Positions 13,850 to 26,375 of a DNA stretch of 64,000 nucleotides are shown here, one piece after another. This DNA is from Camelus dromedarius (lineage: Eukaryota), in contig NC_087437.1 of the NCBI RefSeq assembly GCF_036321535.1, positions 90,646,001 through 90,710,000 of the forward strand, in the 5' to 3' direction. Made by a program: the position numbers and the translations under genes. Numbering within the stretch: position 1 is the stretch's first letter; each line of letters starts with the position of its first letter. The notes beneath the pieces were generated by a model that saw nothing but the letters and a program-made list of their open reading frames with translations, had not been told where the DNA came from and made no database searches.

Positions 13850-14183
13850 AAGATATAGGAGATATTTATCTGCAAGCAGAAAAGAGAATGGGTACGGTGT
13901 ATTACACTCTCATAAAGTATGGGGGGCTAGAGTACAGAAGTCCAGTTTCCTTCCATTTAGTTGAGACAATCTTTATTCATGCTCTAGATTCTAGTCTAAA
14001 ATAGCCCGTGGGCTATTAATTTAAATCTTGTGTGTTGCCTGAATCTTGTCTTGCTTGATTTATTTCCCCTTCCCTATCCTATGAATCCACTTCCTTACTG
14101 GTTTTTCATGGGAGCACTTTCTCAATCATTTGCAGATGAATTCTCAGATTAAGAGCTGGCCTTGAGAAAAGCTTATATAAGAT
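13850..14183 (+). mobile_element. Degraded ERVL LTR (LTR16/LTR33-like)
   Basis: 'ttccccttccctatcc...tttcatgggagcactttctcaatcatttgcagatgaattctc' resembles the LTR16/33 3' half. Confidence 0.5.
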
Positions 14184-16591
14184 AGAATATCTTTATATGC
14201 AAATATGCACATAACTCATCATATTCTTAACATATCTTCTTAGTTTTGGAATGACTATGTCAAACAGTGTGAACATTTTTATGGCTTTGACATTTGTACT
14301 AATATTCATTCTTCCCAGTTATCAAAGTGCCAATACAACAGCACTTTCTACAGTAATTTGCTACAATATGGACTGTATCATTTTAGCTTATTTCTAACAT
14401 CAATGGAGTATGTCCTCTCTTTTTTTATTGATCATTTTCATGAGATTATGAGAAGGAGTAGATAGATACCAGTGTTCATGTTATTATTTCATTTGTAATT
14501 CCAAAGATTCATGATCAACACTAAATTTAATTTAGATTGGTTCTACATGTATTTCAATTGTAAGTAAACATTTTAGTTTAAATCAGACACACATCTTTCT
14601 GTGTGGGTCTGTGATAATTAATGTTTTCTTTTATCAGTTCCCCTTTGTTTTGTTAATAACCTTGGAAATTTGATAGAACTATTTTGTCTGTATAGATACC
14701 TTTTGTGTTCCACAAATGTTTATTGATTACCTTCTACTTGCTAGAATTGGTTCCAAGAAATGGTAAATGAGACAGATATGCATCCTACCAACATTCTGAT
14801 AGTGGGTACAGATAATCACTCAGGCAAATAAAAGACATTGTGAGAAGTACTTTAGTGAGGAAAGTACAGTTTGCCTCAGAGAGCACTTTGGACAAGATTT
14901 CAGAAATCAGAAAAGTCATCCTTTTCAAAAGCTGTCACACTGAGTGAAGAATTGGAATTAGTCAGCTGGAAATAGGCATGGACCAAGAGGATACATGAAG
15001 AGTGTTTCAGGAAAACTACAAGTTTAGAGTAAAGTAGAATATGTGCTTTTGTGGAAGTGAACCAGTTTGCTATTATTAGAGATAGTCTTTGAAGCCAGCT
15101 GATGAGGAGTCTTGCAGGACAAATTAAGAAGTTTAAAATTGCACAAAAAGGCATGGGAATTCACTGATAAATTGTGTACATGGAGAAAAGCGTCAGGTTC
15201 TGTGTTAGAAATACAACTCAGTGTGATACATGGAGAATTGATTAGAGGAGTGCTAAGTTGGAAGAAGGAAGTAAAGAGTTAAGAAGTAGTTGCAATTATC
15301 CAGGTGAGAAATAATTTGCTGTAAATTATTGCTAGTTGCAGTTTAGATACAAAGAAATAATTAGAAATAAAATGCACTCGGATGTAAAATCCAGGAAATT
15401 TGTGATTGAATATATACAGGGAAAATGGGAGAGGAAAAAGTAAGAATGATAAGATTTTTGTGTTTGGTGATTTTGGTGGGAAATTCACATTATTTTTCAA
15501 GACAGGGAACAGAATAAAGAACAGATCTGAAACTGAATAAAACCTTCATTTTTGGAAATGCTGAGTCTGAGATGAGAGTGGTAGAGTCAAAGATACTTGA
15601 CGTATAGCTGAAATGTGGATTATGTTCCAACATTCAGTCAGTTCTAGGATGGAGGTCCAGATTTGGGAGCCATCAATAACATTCAGATGACACTTGACAA
15701 AATGAATGAGGGTGAGAAAGCCTAGAAAGCATGACTAGAATGAGAAAAAAAAAAAAGGAGGTTAAGATAGAAATTTGGATGATACTTATTTAAAAGTTAG
15801 TTTAAAAAATACTGTGGAGGAACCTCAATAGTGTTTCCATAGTGGCTGCACCAACTTATATTCCCACCAATGTTGAAGGAAGGTTCCCATTTTTCTATAC
15901 CCTCTCCAAGGTTTATTATGTGTAGATTTTTTGATGATAGCAATTGTGACTTATGTCAGGTGATTTCAACTGGCATTTCTCTAATAATTAGAGATGATGA
16001 GCATCTTATATCTTTTCATGTTCCTGTTGGCCATCTGTATGTCTTCTTTGGAGAAATATCTGTTTAGGTCTTCTGTCCATTTTTTGATTGTTTTTGTTTT
16101 GGTATTGAGCTGTATGAGCTGTTCGTATACTTTTGATATTAACCTCTTATCACATCATATGTGAATATTCTCTCCCATTCTGTAGATTTATTTCATTTTG
16201 TTGATGATTTCCTTTGCTGTGCCAAAGCTTTTAAGTTTGATTAAGCCCATTTGTTTATTTTTGGTTTTATTTTATTTTATTTTTTGCCTTGGTAGAATGA
16301 TCTAAGAAAATACTACTATGATTTATGTCTGAGAATGGTTTGCCTATGTCCTTTCCTAGGAGTTTTATGGTGTCATGTCTTATACTTAGGTCTTTAAACC
16401 ATTTTGGGTTTATTTTTGTGTATAGTGTGAATGAGTGTTCTAATTTCATTGATTTGCATGTAGCTATCCAGCTTTCCCAAAACCACTTGTCAAAGAGACT
16501 CTTCTCCATTGTATATTCTTACCCCCTTTGTTGTAAATTAATTGACCATAGGTGTCAGGGTTTATTTCTGGGCTATTCTGCTCCATTGATA

Positions 16592-16644
<53 letters not shown>
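16592..16644. repeat. (TATC)n microsatellite
   Basis: About 13 perfect units. Confidence 0.95.
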
Positions 16645-17338
16645 GTCTGTTTTTGTCCCAATACCACACTGTTTTGATTCCTGTAGCTCTATAATATTGT
16701 CTGAAGACTAGGAGAGTTATTCCTCCAGCTTTGTTCTTTTCCTTCAGTACTGCTTTGGCAATTCTGGGTCTTTTGTGGTTCTCCATAAATTTTAGGATTA
16801 TTTCTTCTAGTTGTGTGAAAAATGTCATGGGCAACTTGATAGGAATAGCATTAAATCTTTAGATTATTTTGGGTAGTATGGCAATTTCAACAATATTAAT
16901 TTTTCCAATCCAAGAGCATGGAGTATCTTTCCATTTCTTTGAATCATCTTCAATTTATTTTATCAATGTTTTATAGTTCTCAGCATGCAGATCTTTTACT
17001 TCCTTGGTTAAGTTTATTCCTAGATTTTTTTTTTGACACAATTTTAAACGGTATTTTTTTTTGTATTTTCTCTTTATGGTATTTCATCATTAGTATAAAA
17101 AAAAAACTGGTGCAGCAACTATGGAAAACAGTATGGAAGTTGCTTAAAAAACTAAAAATAGAGCTACCATATGATCAATCCAGCAGTCCCACTCCTGGGC
17201 ATATATACAGAAAAGACAAAAACTCAAATTTGAAAAGATAAATGAACCCCAATGTTCACAGCAGCCCTATTTACAATAGCCAAAACATATAAACAACTGA
17301 TGATTGGCCTAGGAAGATGTCATACACACATATATATG

Positions 17339-17341
<3 letters not shown>

Positions 17342-17382
<41 letters not shown>
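17342..17382. repeat. (CA)n microsatellite
   Basis: About 20 perfect units inside the L1 3' region. Confidence 0.95.
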
Positions 17383-17384
<2 letters not shown>

Positions 17385-18432
17385 GGGATATTACTGAGTC
17401 ATAAAAAATGAAATGTTGTCATTTCCAGCAACATAGATGGACCTAGAGAATATCATACTAAGTGAAGTAAATCAGAAAAAAACACAAATATTATATGATA
17501 TCACTTATATATGGAATCTAAAAAATAATACAAATGAATCTATATACAAAACAGAAAGAGACTTGCAGAAATAGAAGACAAACTTATGGTTACCAAAGGG
17601 TAAAGGTAGCGGTGAGGGATAAATTAGGAGTATAGGATTAACAGATACAAACTACTATACATAAAATAGATAAGCAACAAGGTTTTAATGTATAACACAG
17701 GGAACTATATTCAATATCTTGTAATAACCTATAATGAAAAATAATCTGAAAAAATATATATTATAACTGAACCACTTTGCTGTATATCTGAAACTGACAC
17801 AATATTTTAAATCAACTATACTTCAATAAAAAATAAATACTCCAAAGGAGAGGCCAGAGGTGAAGAAAATTTTCTAACAAGACAAAGCAATTAATGGAGA
17901 GATCAGATAAATAGGGACAGATGATTGTCCCTGGGTTATCAGCAAAGATTGGTGACAATGGAGAGAGTTGTTTAGTAAAGTTATGGAGACTGTAGCTAGA
18001 TTGAAGTTAGTTGAGCTATAAATGGGCAGTAGAGAAGTGGAGACAGTGAGTATACACAACCTTTTTTTAGAAAGATGACTTTGGATGAGAGGAGAGATGT
18101 AATCTGAAGTACAAGTAGAGGGATAAATCTAGGAAATGAGGAAGAACTCCCTTTCCATTAAACAGAAGAGAAAGAGGAAAGTGTAGGTAGAAATGCAGAG
18201 AAAACTCATAAACTGGTGATACAAACTGAAGGTCCATTTTATGGGTTACCTTTATTCAATGAATTGCATATTAAGGTAATTTGCTGACAGGGATTAAAAG
18301 GATGAGAGGGAATAAGACTTGAAGATGCCACTGAGAAGAGTTAGAAAGAACTATACATACTGTTGTTGCAAACCCATTTAAATTTTATTTTGGATTCTAT
18401 TCAATAGTTATTTGAAGAAATATAATATGCTT

Positions 18433-19458
18433 AATTTTTTAAGACTTTGTTTTAGAGCAGTTTTAGGTTTACAACAAAATCGAGAGGGAGGTACAAAGAT
18501 TTCCCATATATCTCCTGCCCAAGCACATGTATAGTTTCTCCATTGTAAACATCACTCACCAGAATGGTAAATTTTTTTTCCAAATATGAACCCACATTGA
18601 CACATCATAATCACGTAAAGTCCACAGTTTACCCTAGGGTTCATTCTTGATATACATTCTATGGATTTGAACAAACATATGATATATACCCATCATTATA
18701 ATATCTTACCAAGTATTTTCACTGTCATAAAATCCTCTGTGCTTCCCTATTCATCTCTTTTCATCTTTCTCACCCCTAGAAAAAATTGATTTTTTAATTG
18801 TATAGTTTTGCCTTTTCCAGAATGCCATATAGTTGGAATTATAGTGTATAGTCTTTTTAGATTGGTTTCTTTCATTTATTAATATGCATTTAGGTTTCCT
18901 CCATACCTTTTCATGGCCTGATAGCTCATTTCGTTTTGGTGCAGAATAATGTTCCACTGCTTGGATGTACCACAGTTTATTTACCAATTCAAACAATAAA
19001 AGACATCTTGGTTGCTTCCAAGTTTTGGCATTTATGAATAAAGCTGCTGTAAACATCTGTGTATAGGTTTTTATGTGGAAATATGTTTTAAACTCTTTTG
19101 GGAAAATATCAAGGAGCATGATTGCTGGATGAGATGGTAACCATATGTTTAGTTTTGTTAAGAAGCCACCAAACTGTCTTCCAAATTAGCTGTACTATTT
19201 TGCATTCCCACCAGCAATGTATGCAAATTCCTGTTGCTCTACATCCGCACCAGTATTTGGTGTTATCAGTGTTTTTTATTTTGGCCAATCTAATATGTGT
19301 GTAGTGGTATCTTATTGTTGTTTTAATTTGCATTTCCCTGATGATGTATGAGGTGGAACATATTTTCATGTGCTTATTTGCCATCTACATATCTTCTTTG
19401 GTGAGGTGTCTGTTAAGATCTTTGATTAATTTTAAAAATCAAGTTGTTTTCTTATTGC
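18433..19458 (-). mobile_element. L1MC-type LINE-1 3' end
   Basis: 'tttagagcagttttaggtttacaacaaaa' is the L1MC1/2-type 3' terminus; minus ORFs give ORF2 C-terminal peptides ([31 protein letters not shown]). Confidence 0.9.
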
Positions 19459-19599
19459 AAAATTTACTTTATATAGTAAAAGATCACAATATGTTGAGTT
19501 AAGGCAAATAAAAATCAAAGTGAAGATACCTAAATTTTATGGCTGCCAAATCGCAGTATATAATTTCCCATAATTTTTTTACAATTCTAGAACTGGGTT

Positions 19600-20070
19600 A
19601 ATAGTTTACAAAGTATTTTCACAGTTATTTCATTTGACGCTTACAAGAGCTTTGGGGCACCTATAAGGAAAATATTTTGCTTTGATTATATAGGTAAGAA
19701 AGAAAAATTTAGTAACTGTATGTCTGCCCTTTTCACTGTCACTCGGCAGAGTCAAGACCCTAATTAATGTCTTCTTTCAATTTATATTCTATTTTTTCTT
19801 ACAGTAAACTTATATTCATGTATTTTATTAGAAGTTGAAAAGGGAGAGCGTTGAGGAATCATAGAAAAGGTGCCATCAATTAGAATTATATCTTATAATC
19901 TATACAGGTAACTTGTCTTAAAGTTAAGACCACAGCTCTAATCTTAATTTTGTTTCTCTCTGGCTGTAAAGCTTTTATTCAGTCACTAAACCTCTTTAGG
20001 CCTCCAGTTTCCTCAACTAGGCAATGCAAGGGTTTGTTTTGGCAACCTCTAAGAGAATACCCAACTCTGA
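19600..20070. mobile_element. Two degraded MIR fragments (minus ~19600-19770, plus ~19910-20070)
   Basis: 'tcactaaacctctttaggcctccagtttcctcaact' is the MIR core; 'ttatttcatttgacgcttacaag' is an antisense core. Confidence 0.5.
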
Positions 20071-20851
20071 AATTCATGCAACTCTCTGAATTTTGACAAA
20101 TTAATATTTCCTTTGGTTCATTTAAAAGATTTCCTTCATGGATATTGTCTCTCAGTTTAAATTTAATATATAAATCTTAGCAGTTACTCTGGTTTCCAAA
20201 AGAATGAGGTGTGCTCAAACAATATATATGCACAATTGTGCTTCTATAGTGAAGATAATTCAGTCGTACAATAGCCACTTCCCATGACTTATGAACAACA
20301 AGGTATGAAGAACATCTGTTTCACCCATTCTACAGGCTATGTGCCCCTCTTGGTTAAAAAGAGTTGACAGAGAATGTTTATTATTTAACTTAGAGTTAGA
20401 GAAGGCAACGGAATGAGATTATAGTCATAAGGAAAACCTATATATATATATAAGGGGTCAGAATGGTAGCCAACAGAAAATTTGCCACTGATATGCAGAA
20501 AAATAAAAATGAATAAAGCATAAATAGAAAATGAGAGTTTAAATAGATCCCAGGATAAATATTAGATGAGATAGAACCTAATTAGAGTCAGACTCTGTCC
20601 TCTTGAACAAGGGAAGCAGCTGAAAGGTAAGCAGCTACATGTTATCAACCTAAGGTGATAAATATTTTGTGTAATATAGAGAGCAGGATAAGCAGAACTG
20701 GCACTTAGATAAAGAAAAAAATAGATGTACAAAGAGAAAAAAGCGTTATGAAAAAGTAGGTAAAGTAATTATGTTTTGTGTATTAGGATAATTACTCAAA
20801 ATATAAATTAAAGTATAAATGTAGTTATAATTTACTATATAAAGTAATTGT

Positions 20852-21241
20852 TGTAGCTGCAGCTGATGTCCTGTCCATATCCGCTTTACTGGCTGGTATG
20901 TCCATCAACCTAGCTGTGAGGGGCTGTATTAACAGCTGACACTTGGGGTAGATGTTATACTCTTCACCCCAGTGCAGTCAGTGGCTCACTGACATGGGGC
21001 ACTAATGCCTACTTGCTTTACCACAAGAGGATGACTCTGCAATGTGATTTATGCTCCAAAGCATGCTCATGAATCAAAGCAATGCTAGAATGAATATGAG
21101 ACTATGCTCTTGCTCAGCTCCTTCCCTTTCCCTATTTTGCTTCCCTCATTCACAGGTTTTTCCTGATAAGAGTCACCTTAATCAATCACTTGCATATGAA
21201 TCCCTGACTGGCTCCGCTTCTGTGGTGCCTAACCTTGGAGA
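20852..21241 (+). mobile_element. 5' LTR (LTR16-type) of a degraded ERVL provirus
   Basis: LTR16-like start and 3' motifs ('ccttccctttccctattttgcttccctca', 'aatcacttgcatatgaatccc'), followed directly by internal-region sequence. Confidence 0.7.
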
Positions 21242-23382
21242 GTTAGTACCAGCAGTAGTCCTGGGAAGAACACCAAGGATATGATTCTAGAGGTGGCTCA
21301 TCAGCTAGCCACCTGACAGTGCACAAACCATCACTTAAGGTAGGTGTAATATTAATTTCTCTTAGCATTCTGTAGAAGTTTGTCATTAAGAATTTATCCC
21401 TGGTGAACTGGAAAAGGGTGGAGGTAGACAGAGACGCACTGGTTCGTTCATGCAACAGCAATAACTCTGGCGCTGGAAAAGAACAAGGAACATACTAATG
21501 ATAAGGACATCAAAACTGCATGGCCATTGTTAAGCACCAACAATGCTTTCAAGAGAGAAGATGATGGGTGCCAGTCACCAATTTAATACAAAATGTGAAA
21601 ATCAGAGGACCTCAATGGCAGCATTTAAAGAACTATCCATTCTCATAGCTAAGAGTAGTCTCAGGAACTATATCCAAGAATGGTAGAACTCCAGAAAAAG
21701 TTTAATTTTCAGCTCCAGCAAAGCTCCTGTGCCTGATAGGGAAGAAGTAGGATTGAGATTGAAAAATGGGGGTGTCTGGATAAATGCACTTAAGAACATT
21801 GAGTACCTAGATTCCCTTGACACTCTAGGCTTCTAGATGTGGCCCACTTCCTCATGTTAGAGGGTAGCAGCCCCCTCCTCATCTTCCTTTTCCTTACTTG
21901 TAGTTCTTTCAGAGGTCTCAAATCAGTGAGGTGCCTTAAGACTAATACTTTCCTAGTCAAGATCTGTTCCAGCTTCTTGCACAGGCAACCAAAAAAGATA
22001 ACTAGGGTCAAATTTCAGCATGGACTAACTGGTGAAATGCTTAGAGAGAAGAGAAGACAAGAAGGATTTTAGGATGAAGGATTATAAACTATGAAACTTA
22101 CTATGTTTTATTGATGATAACTGGGGGAATATGCCTGGGAGAGCATGCTGATGGCATAGGCTAGGGCTTAAGGTAGGAGATTCTGGCCAATAAATGTGAT
22201 CACTGACTCCCAAAACAGGAAAGGCCAGGTGGCAATACTTAACAATCAGATGTAAGATAGGCATAATCATCCTAATGGCCATCAATTTCTGCATGTCAGC
22301 CAGGGTGATATGACTGGTAGGGACCCGTAACAATGGATAATCAATTATAGTTTGTTATAAGAGAAGAATTGCCAGACAAAATACAGAAAAATGCAGTTAC
22401 ATTTAAATTTCAGAAGAACAATGCTTATTTTTTAAGTATATCTCCAAGATTACATGCGACATGTTTATACTAAAAGCATTTTCATTATGTATCTGAAATT
22501 CAAATTTAACTGGTGTCCTGTGTTTTTATTTGCTATATCTGGCATGCTTATTTTAGTTATAAGATGGCCAACCCACAAGAGTACTTTCTAATATATATAT
22601 AATTAAAGGTTTTTCAAGACTGGATGAGCAAAAGGCTTAGGTCAGCCAATCCCTATGGAAAGGTCATTTACACTTTCTCAGTTTCCAGACTTAAGCAAGT
22701 GTTCACCTCTGGAATTCATTAGCTAATGGAGTGATTGTGGTCCCCTTGAGAAAGGACCAGTATATATAGTAATGATTCTCCCAGTTGCTCTCCAAAGAGA
22801 CTTATGTCCATTTATTCACATAATCATTCACTGAGGAAAAGAGAAAGCCTAGACCTTTCATAGGCTTTTGAATACAGACTCTGAATTTAAATCAAAGATG
22901 AAATTATAACATCATTGTGGTATACCTCCTAGAGTATCAATGCATGAGAAATGGATAATAAATTGAGTCCTGTCCCAGGTCTGTCTTACAGCAGGTCCAC
23001 TGAGTTCATAGGCTCATCTGTAGTCATTTTTGACTTCCCTCTAAGTGCCATTTTTATTGCATCCTACAGTGTTTATATGATATTTTATTCTTGTTCTGAT
23101 GCCTCAAAGTGGAGGTCTGTGTCAATCCAAGCTATCCACTTAGGAAGCACTAGTTGTAAAGGGAGGGCAATCAAAAATGAAAGATAGGGAGGCAGATTAT
23201 GAGTATCACTCAAAGCCTCTAAACCAATTGCATTAAAGGGTAATAGTTTGCCCCACCATTCATTCTCTTTCAAGTTTTCCCAGAAACTATGATCAACAAT
23301 CATCCTTGAAATGCTACATCTTCTTGAAGTGAGTTGAATTTGTGAAGCAAGTAGATTCATCTGTGTAGGGGCAGGGGCTGAC
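21242..23382 (+). mobile_element. Internally deleted ERVL internal region (ERV3-16A3-like)
   Basis: Begins 'gttagtaccagcagtagtcctgggaag' right after the LTR; contains degraded gag/pro-like blocks ('cccttgagaaaggacc', 'agacctttcataggcttttgaatacagactctga'); ends in a purine-rich PPT-like 'aggggcaggggctgac'. Confidence 0.65.
22364..22550. mobile_element. MER53 palindromic MITE
   Basis: 'ttgccagacaaaatacag...aaatttcaga...tctgaaattcaaatttaactgg...atctggca' forms long imperfect inverted arms typical of MER53. Confidence 0.85.
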
Positions 23383-25014
23383 TGGAATAGATGCTGTTGC
23401 CATTAATCAATTGCCATACCTTTTCTCCCTAGTTGCTGTGAGTTCTGAGGCATGCTGCAGTTAATGGTATATACCTGGAACCTTTTATAGAAAACTGGAT
23501 TTGGCCATATACTTTGCACAGTCTAATTAAACATAAATATTTGAGACCCTTTGTTCAAAAAGCAGGAAAAAATGGCATTAAAGGAACTAACCTATCAAGC
23601 CTTCTCATGAAAGCTTTTTATGATCTTTCCCTTGACTTGTTCTCAAGGTTTCTATTTGAAATGTAAAATTTTACAAAATTTATAGATCAAGATGGCAGAG
23701 TAGAAGGATGTGGAGCTCACCTCCCCCCACAAATACATCAAAAATGTATCTACATCTGGAACAATTCTCAGTGAATACCAACTGAAAGCTGGCAGAAGAT
23801 CTCATACAACCAAAGCTGCAATAACAATCCCCATGAAACTGGGTAGGTCTATAAGGAAATAAAAAGGGAATTGAGATGGAACCTGCACCCCAGGGAGGGA
23901 GCCATGAAAGAGGAAATGTTTCCTCACCTTCAGAACTTCCATCACCTGCTGGGAGGTCCACTGTGACAGATAAGGATCTGCAAGGGCCTAGCATTTGCCT
24001 GAGAGGACTACACACATGCTGGTTTGCTGCCAAGCAGGATATAGGGACTGGCACTGATGGCTGCCAAGTCACCACACTTTCCACCCAACTGGTGTGTGCA
24101 GCAGCTGGGTGCTGAAACTCAGACTTCAGCATACGACTTGGAGAGAGGACTTAGTTTGGCTGGGCAGAGATAGCTCACAGGACCTGCAGTGTGATGAAGG
24201 CTGCAACTGGGGTTGCCCGCAGGACAGAGCACGGATCTGCCTTTGGAGCCCCATTATCAACACAAAGGGTGGGGTGCGGGTGGGTCCACCATAGAAGTCA
24301 CACTGTCAGAATGCTCACTGACATACCAGCTATTGGTCCGTGCTCCAAAAGCTTTCAACTTCCACTGGCTTTGGGAGCTAGCGTTCTGTGAGTATACACC
24401 TGCCAAGGGCAGGAGTGACATCTAAGCCCATGCCTCCACAGTAGTGCAAACGCTCTGCAGGCTTTGAGATCTCACAGATTCAGTGGAATTTGGGAGCTCA
24501 CACATTGTGAATGCACACACACACAAATAGGCAGGGCTGATGCAGGATTATTGGTGCCCCTGCAGCAGAGAAGAGTCTGATTTTGTGAGCATGCACACCA
24601 GGTCCTACATCACAGAATCATGTATTCCGGCAGACAGCCCCTATAGAGCAAAACACAGCAGCTCCTTTCCCAGAGGCAGTGCTCCAGTTCTGCCTACCTC
24701 ACATTCCAGCTTAGAACCAGATATGTGGGCTTTTACTCCAACAACTGGAGCAGACTCTGGACAGTGACAACCACAGAGCAAAGAGTAGACCCCAACCAAC
24801 ATCCAGGGCAGGCTGTGGTTACTATCAAGGGAACAAAGGCCAACATACTCTGAGGAAAGACATAGCAGGTATTTATACCAAATACAGCCCTCGTACTGAA
24901 AATACCAGACACACACAGTCTACACAGGGAAGCTTCCACAAAAAAAATCAGTGTTTCAATACCATAGTAAATAACTGTTTCTTCTAAATTCATAGAGTTA
25001 GAGAAATACAGGTA

Positions 25015-25901
25015 AAATAAAAAATTAGAAGAACCATTTCCAATTAAAAGAACAAGAGAAATCCCCCGAAAGAACAAATAATAAAACAGACTTTGACAAT
25101 CTACCAGAACTTGAGTTCAAAAAGGAGATAATAAAAATGCTAAAGGAACTAAGAAAGATTATCAATAAAAATGTAGATCACTGTAACAATGAATTAGAAA
25201 ACATAAAGAGGAGCCAATCTAAATTAAGCAACTCAACTGCTGAGATAAAAACCAAACTAAAAGCAATAAATACCAAACTAAGTAATGCAAAAGAACCAAT
25301 AAGTGATCTGGAAGACAAAATAATGACATCATCCAATGAGAACAGCAGACAGAAAGACAAATGAAAAAAAAAAAAAAAAAACCACACACACACACATAAG
25401 ACCTATGGGATAATACAGAGTGTCTGACCTACTCATAATAGGGATACCCAGAGGAGAATAAAGACAAAAAGGGATATGAAATTTATTGAAGAAATTATGG
25501 TTTAAAATTACCCAAACCTAAAGAAGGAAACAATATATCTAGGTACAAGAAGCACAGAAGGTCCCAAATAAGATGAATACAAACAGATCCACACCAAGAC
25601 ATGATAATTAAAATGGTAAAAGTTAAAGTGAAAACTCTAAAGGCAGCAAGAGAAAAACAGGCAGTTATAGCCTATAAGGCTATCAGCTGATTTCTCTACA
25701 GACACACTACAAGCAAGAAGGCAGTGAAAAGATATATTCAAAGTCTTGAAATGCTAAAATCTATAATCTAGGATAATCTACCCAGCAAGATTATCATTTA
25801 GAATGGAAAGAGAGATAAAGAGTTTCTTAGACAAGCATAACCTAAAAGAATACAGCAATACCAAACCTATCCTAAGAGAAATATTAAAAGGTCTTCTATA
25901 A
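25015..25901 (+). pseudogene. L1 ORF1 remnant
   Basis: MLKELRKIINKNVDHCNNELENIKRSQ...ISDLEDKI; multiple stops and frameshifts; start codon apparently mutated. Confidence 0.85.
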
Positions 25902-26375
25902 ACAGAAAAGAAGCAAGCATCTACAGGAAAGGGAAAATAACAATAGGAAAGGCAAATATATAAAAGGATTGAAGATCACTTAAATAAACCAATACACAGA
26001 TTAAAAAACAATCAAAAAGAATTCTGTAAAGATGAGTGTAATCACAAGGGATAGCAAGATGGAAATGAAGATGAAGATGGAAAATAGGACATTAGAATTA
26101 CAAAATGTGGTGGAGGGGAATAAGAAAATAAAGATCTTTTAGAATACACGAGCTTACATGATTATCAATCTAAAACACGTAGATACAGTTATGGGTAAAC
26201 ATACTTGAAAACCAGGTTAATTACAAGTGAAAAACACAACAGACTCACATAAACAAAAAAGAAAGGCAATCAAAGATAATACTAAAGAATCACATCAAAC
26301 CACAAAGGGAAAAACAAAAAGAAGAATAAAAGAACAAAGAAGAAATACAAAATCAACTGGAAAACAAGGTTTAAA

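Larger units (their letters stand above)
15814..17830 (+). mobile_element. 5'-inverted (twin-primed) L1: antisense ORF2 segment 15814-~17097 plus sense 3' end ~17107-17830
   Basis: Minus ORFs encode ORF2 peptides ([25 protein letters not shown]); the sense part carries ELPYD, the 3' UTR and an AATAAA/A tail; TSD-like aaatact on both sides. Confidence 0.9.
14710..18200 (-). mobile_element. L2 LINE, split by the L1 at 15814-17830
   Basis: Reverse-complemented L2 3' end 'caaatgtttattga'; purine-rich antisense L2 motifs ('ttgcaattatccaggtgaga', 'gagaagtggagacagtgagtata') on both sides of the L1. Confidence 0.7.

Noticed and set aside
16325..16711. ORF with a repeated IYLS motif
   Set aside because: It is a translation of the (TATC)n microsatellite within antisense L1
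22354..22564. gttataaga repeated on both sides of MER53 as a possible TSD
   Set aside because: The right copy is offset ~5 nt from the element end, so it is not a clean hAT TSD
23680..25077. Several overlapping 66-150 aa ORFs
   Set aside because: They lie in a GC-richer L1 5' UTR where stop codons are rarer; no recognisable protein
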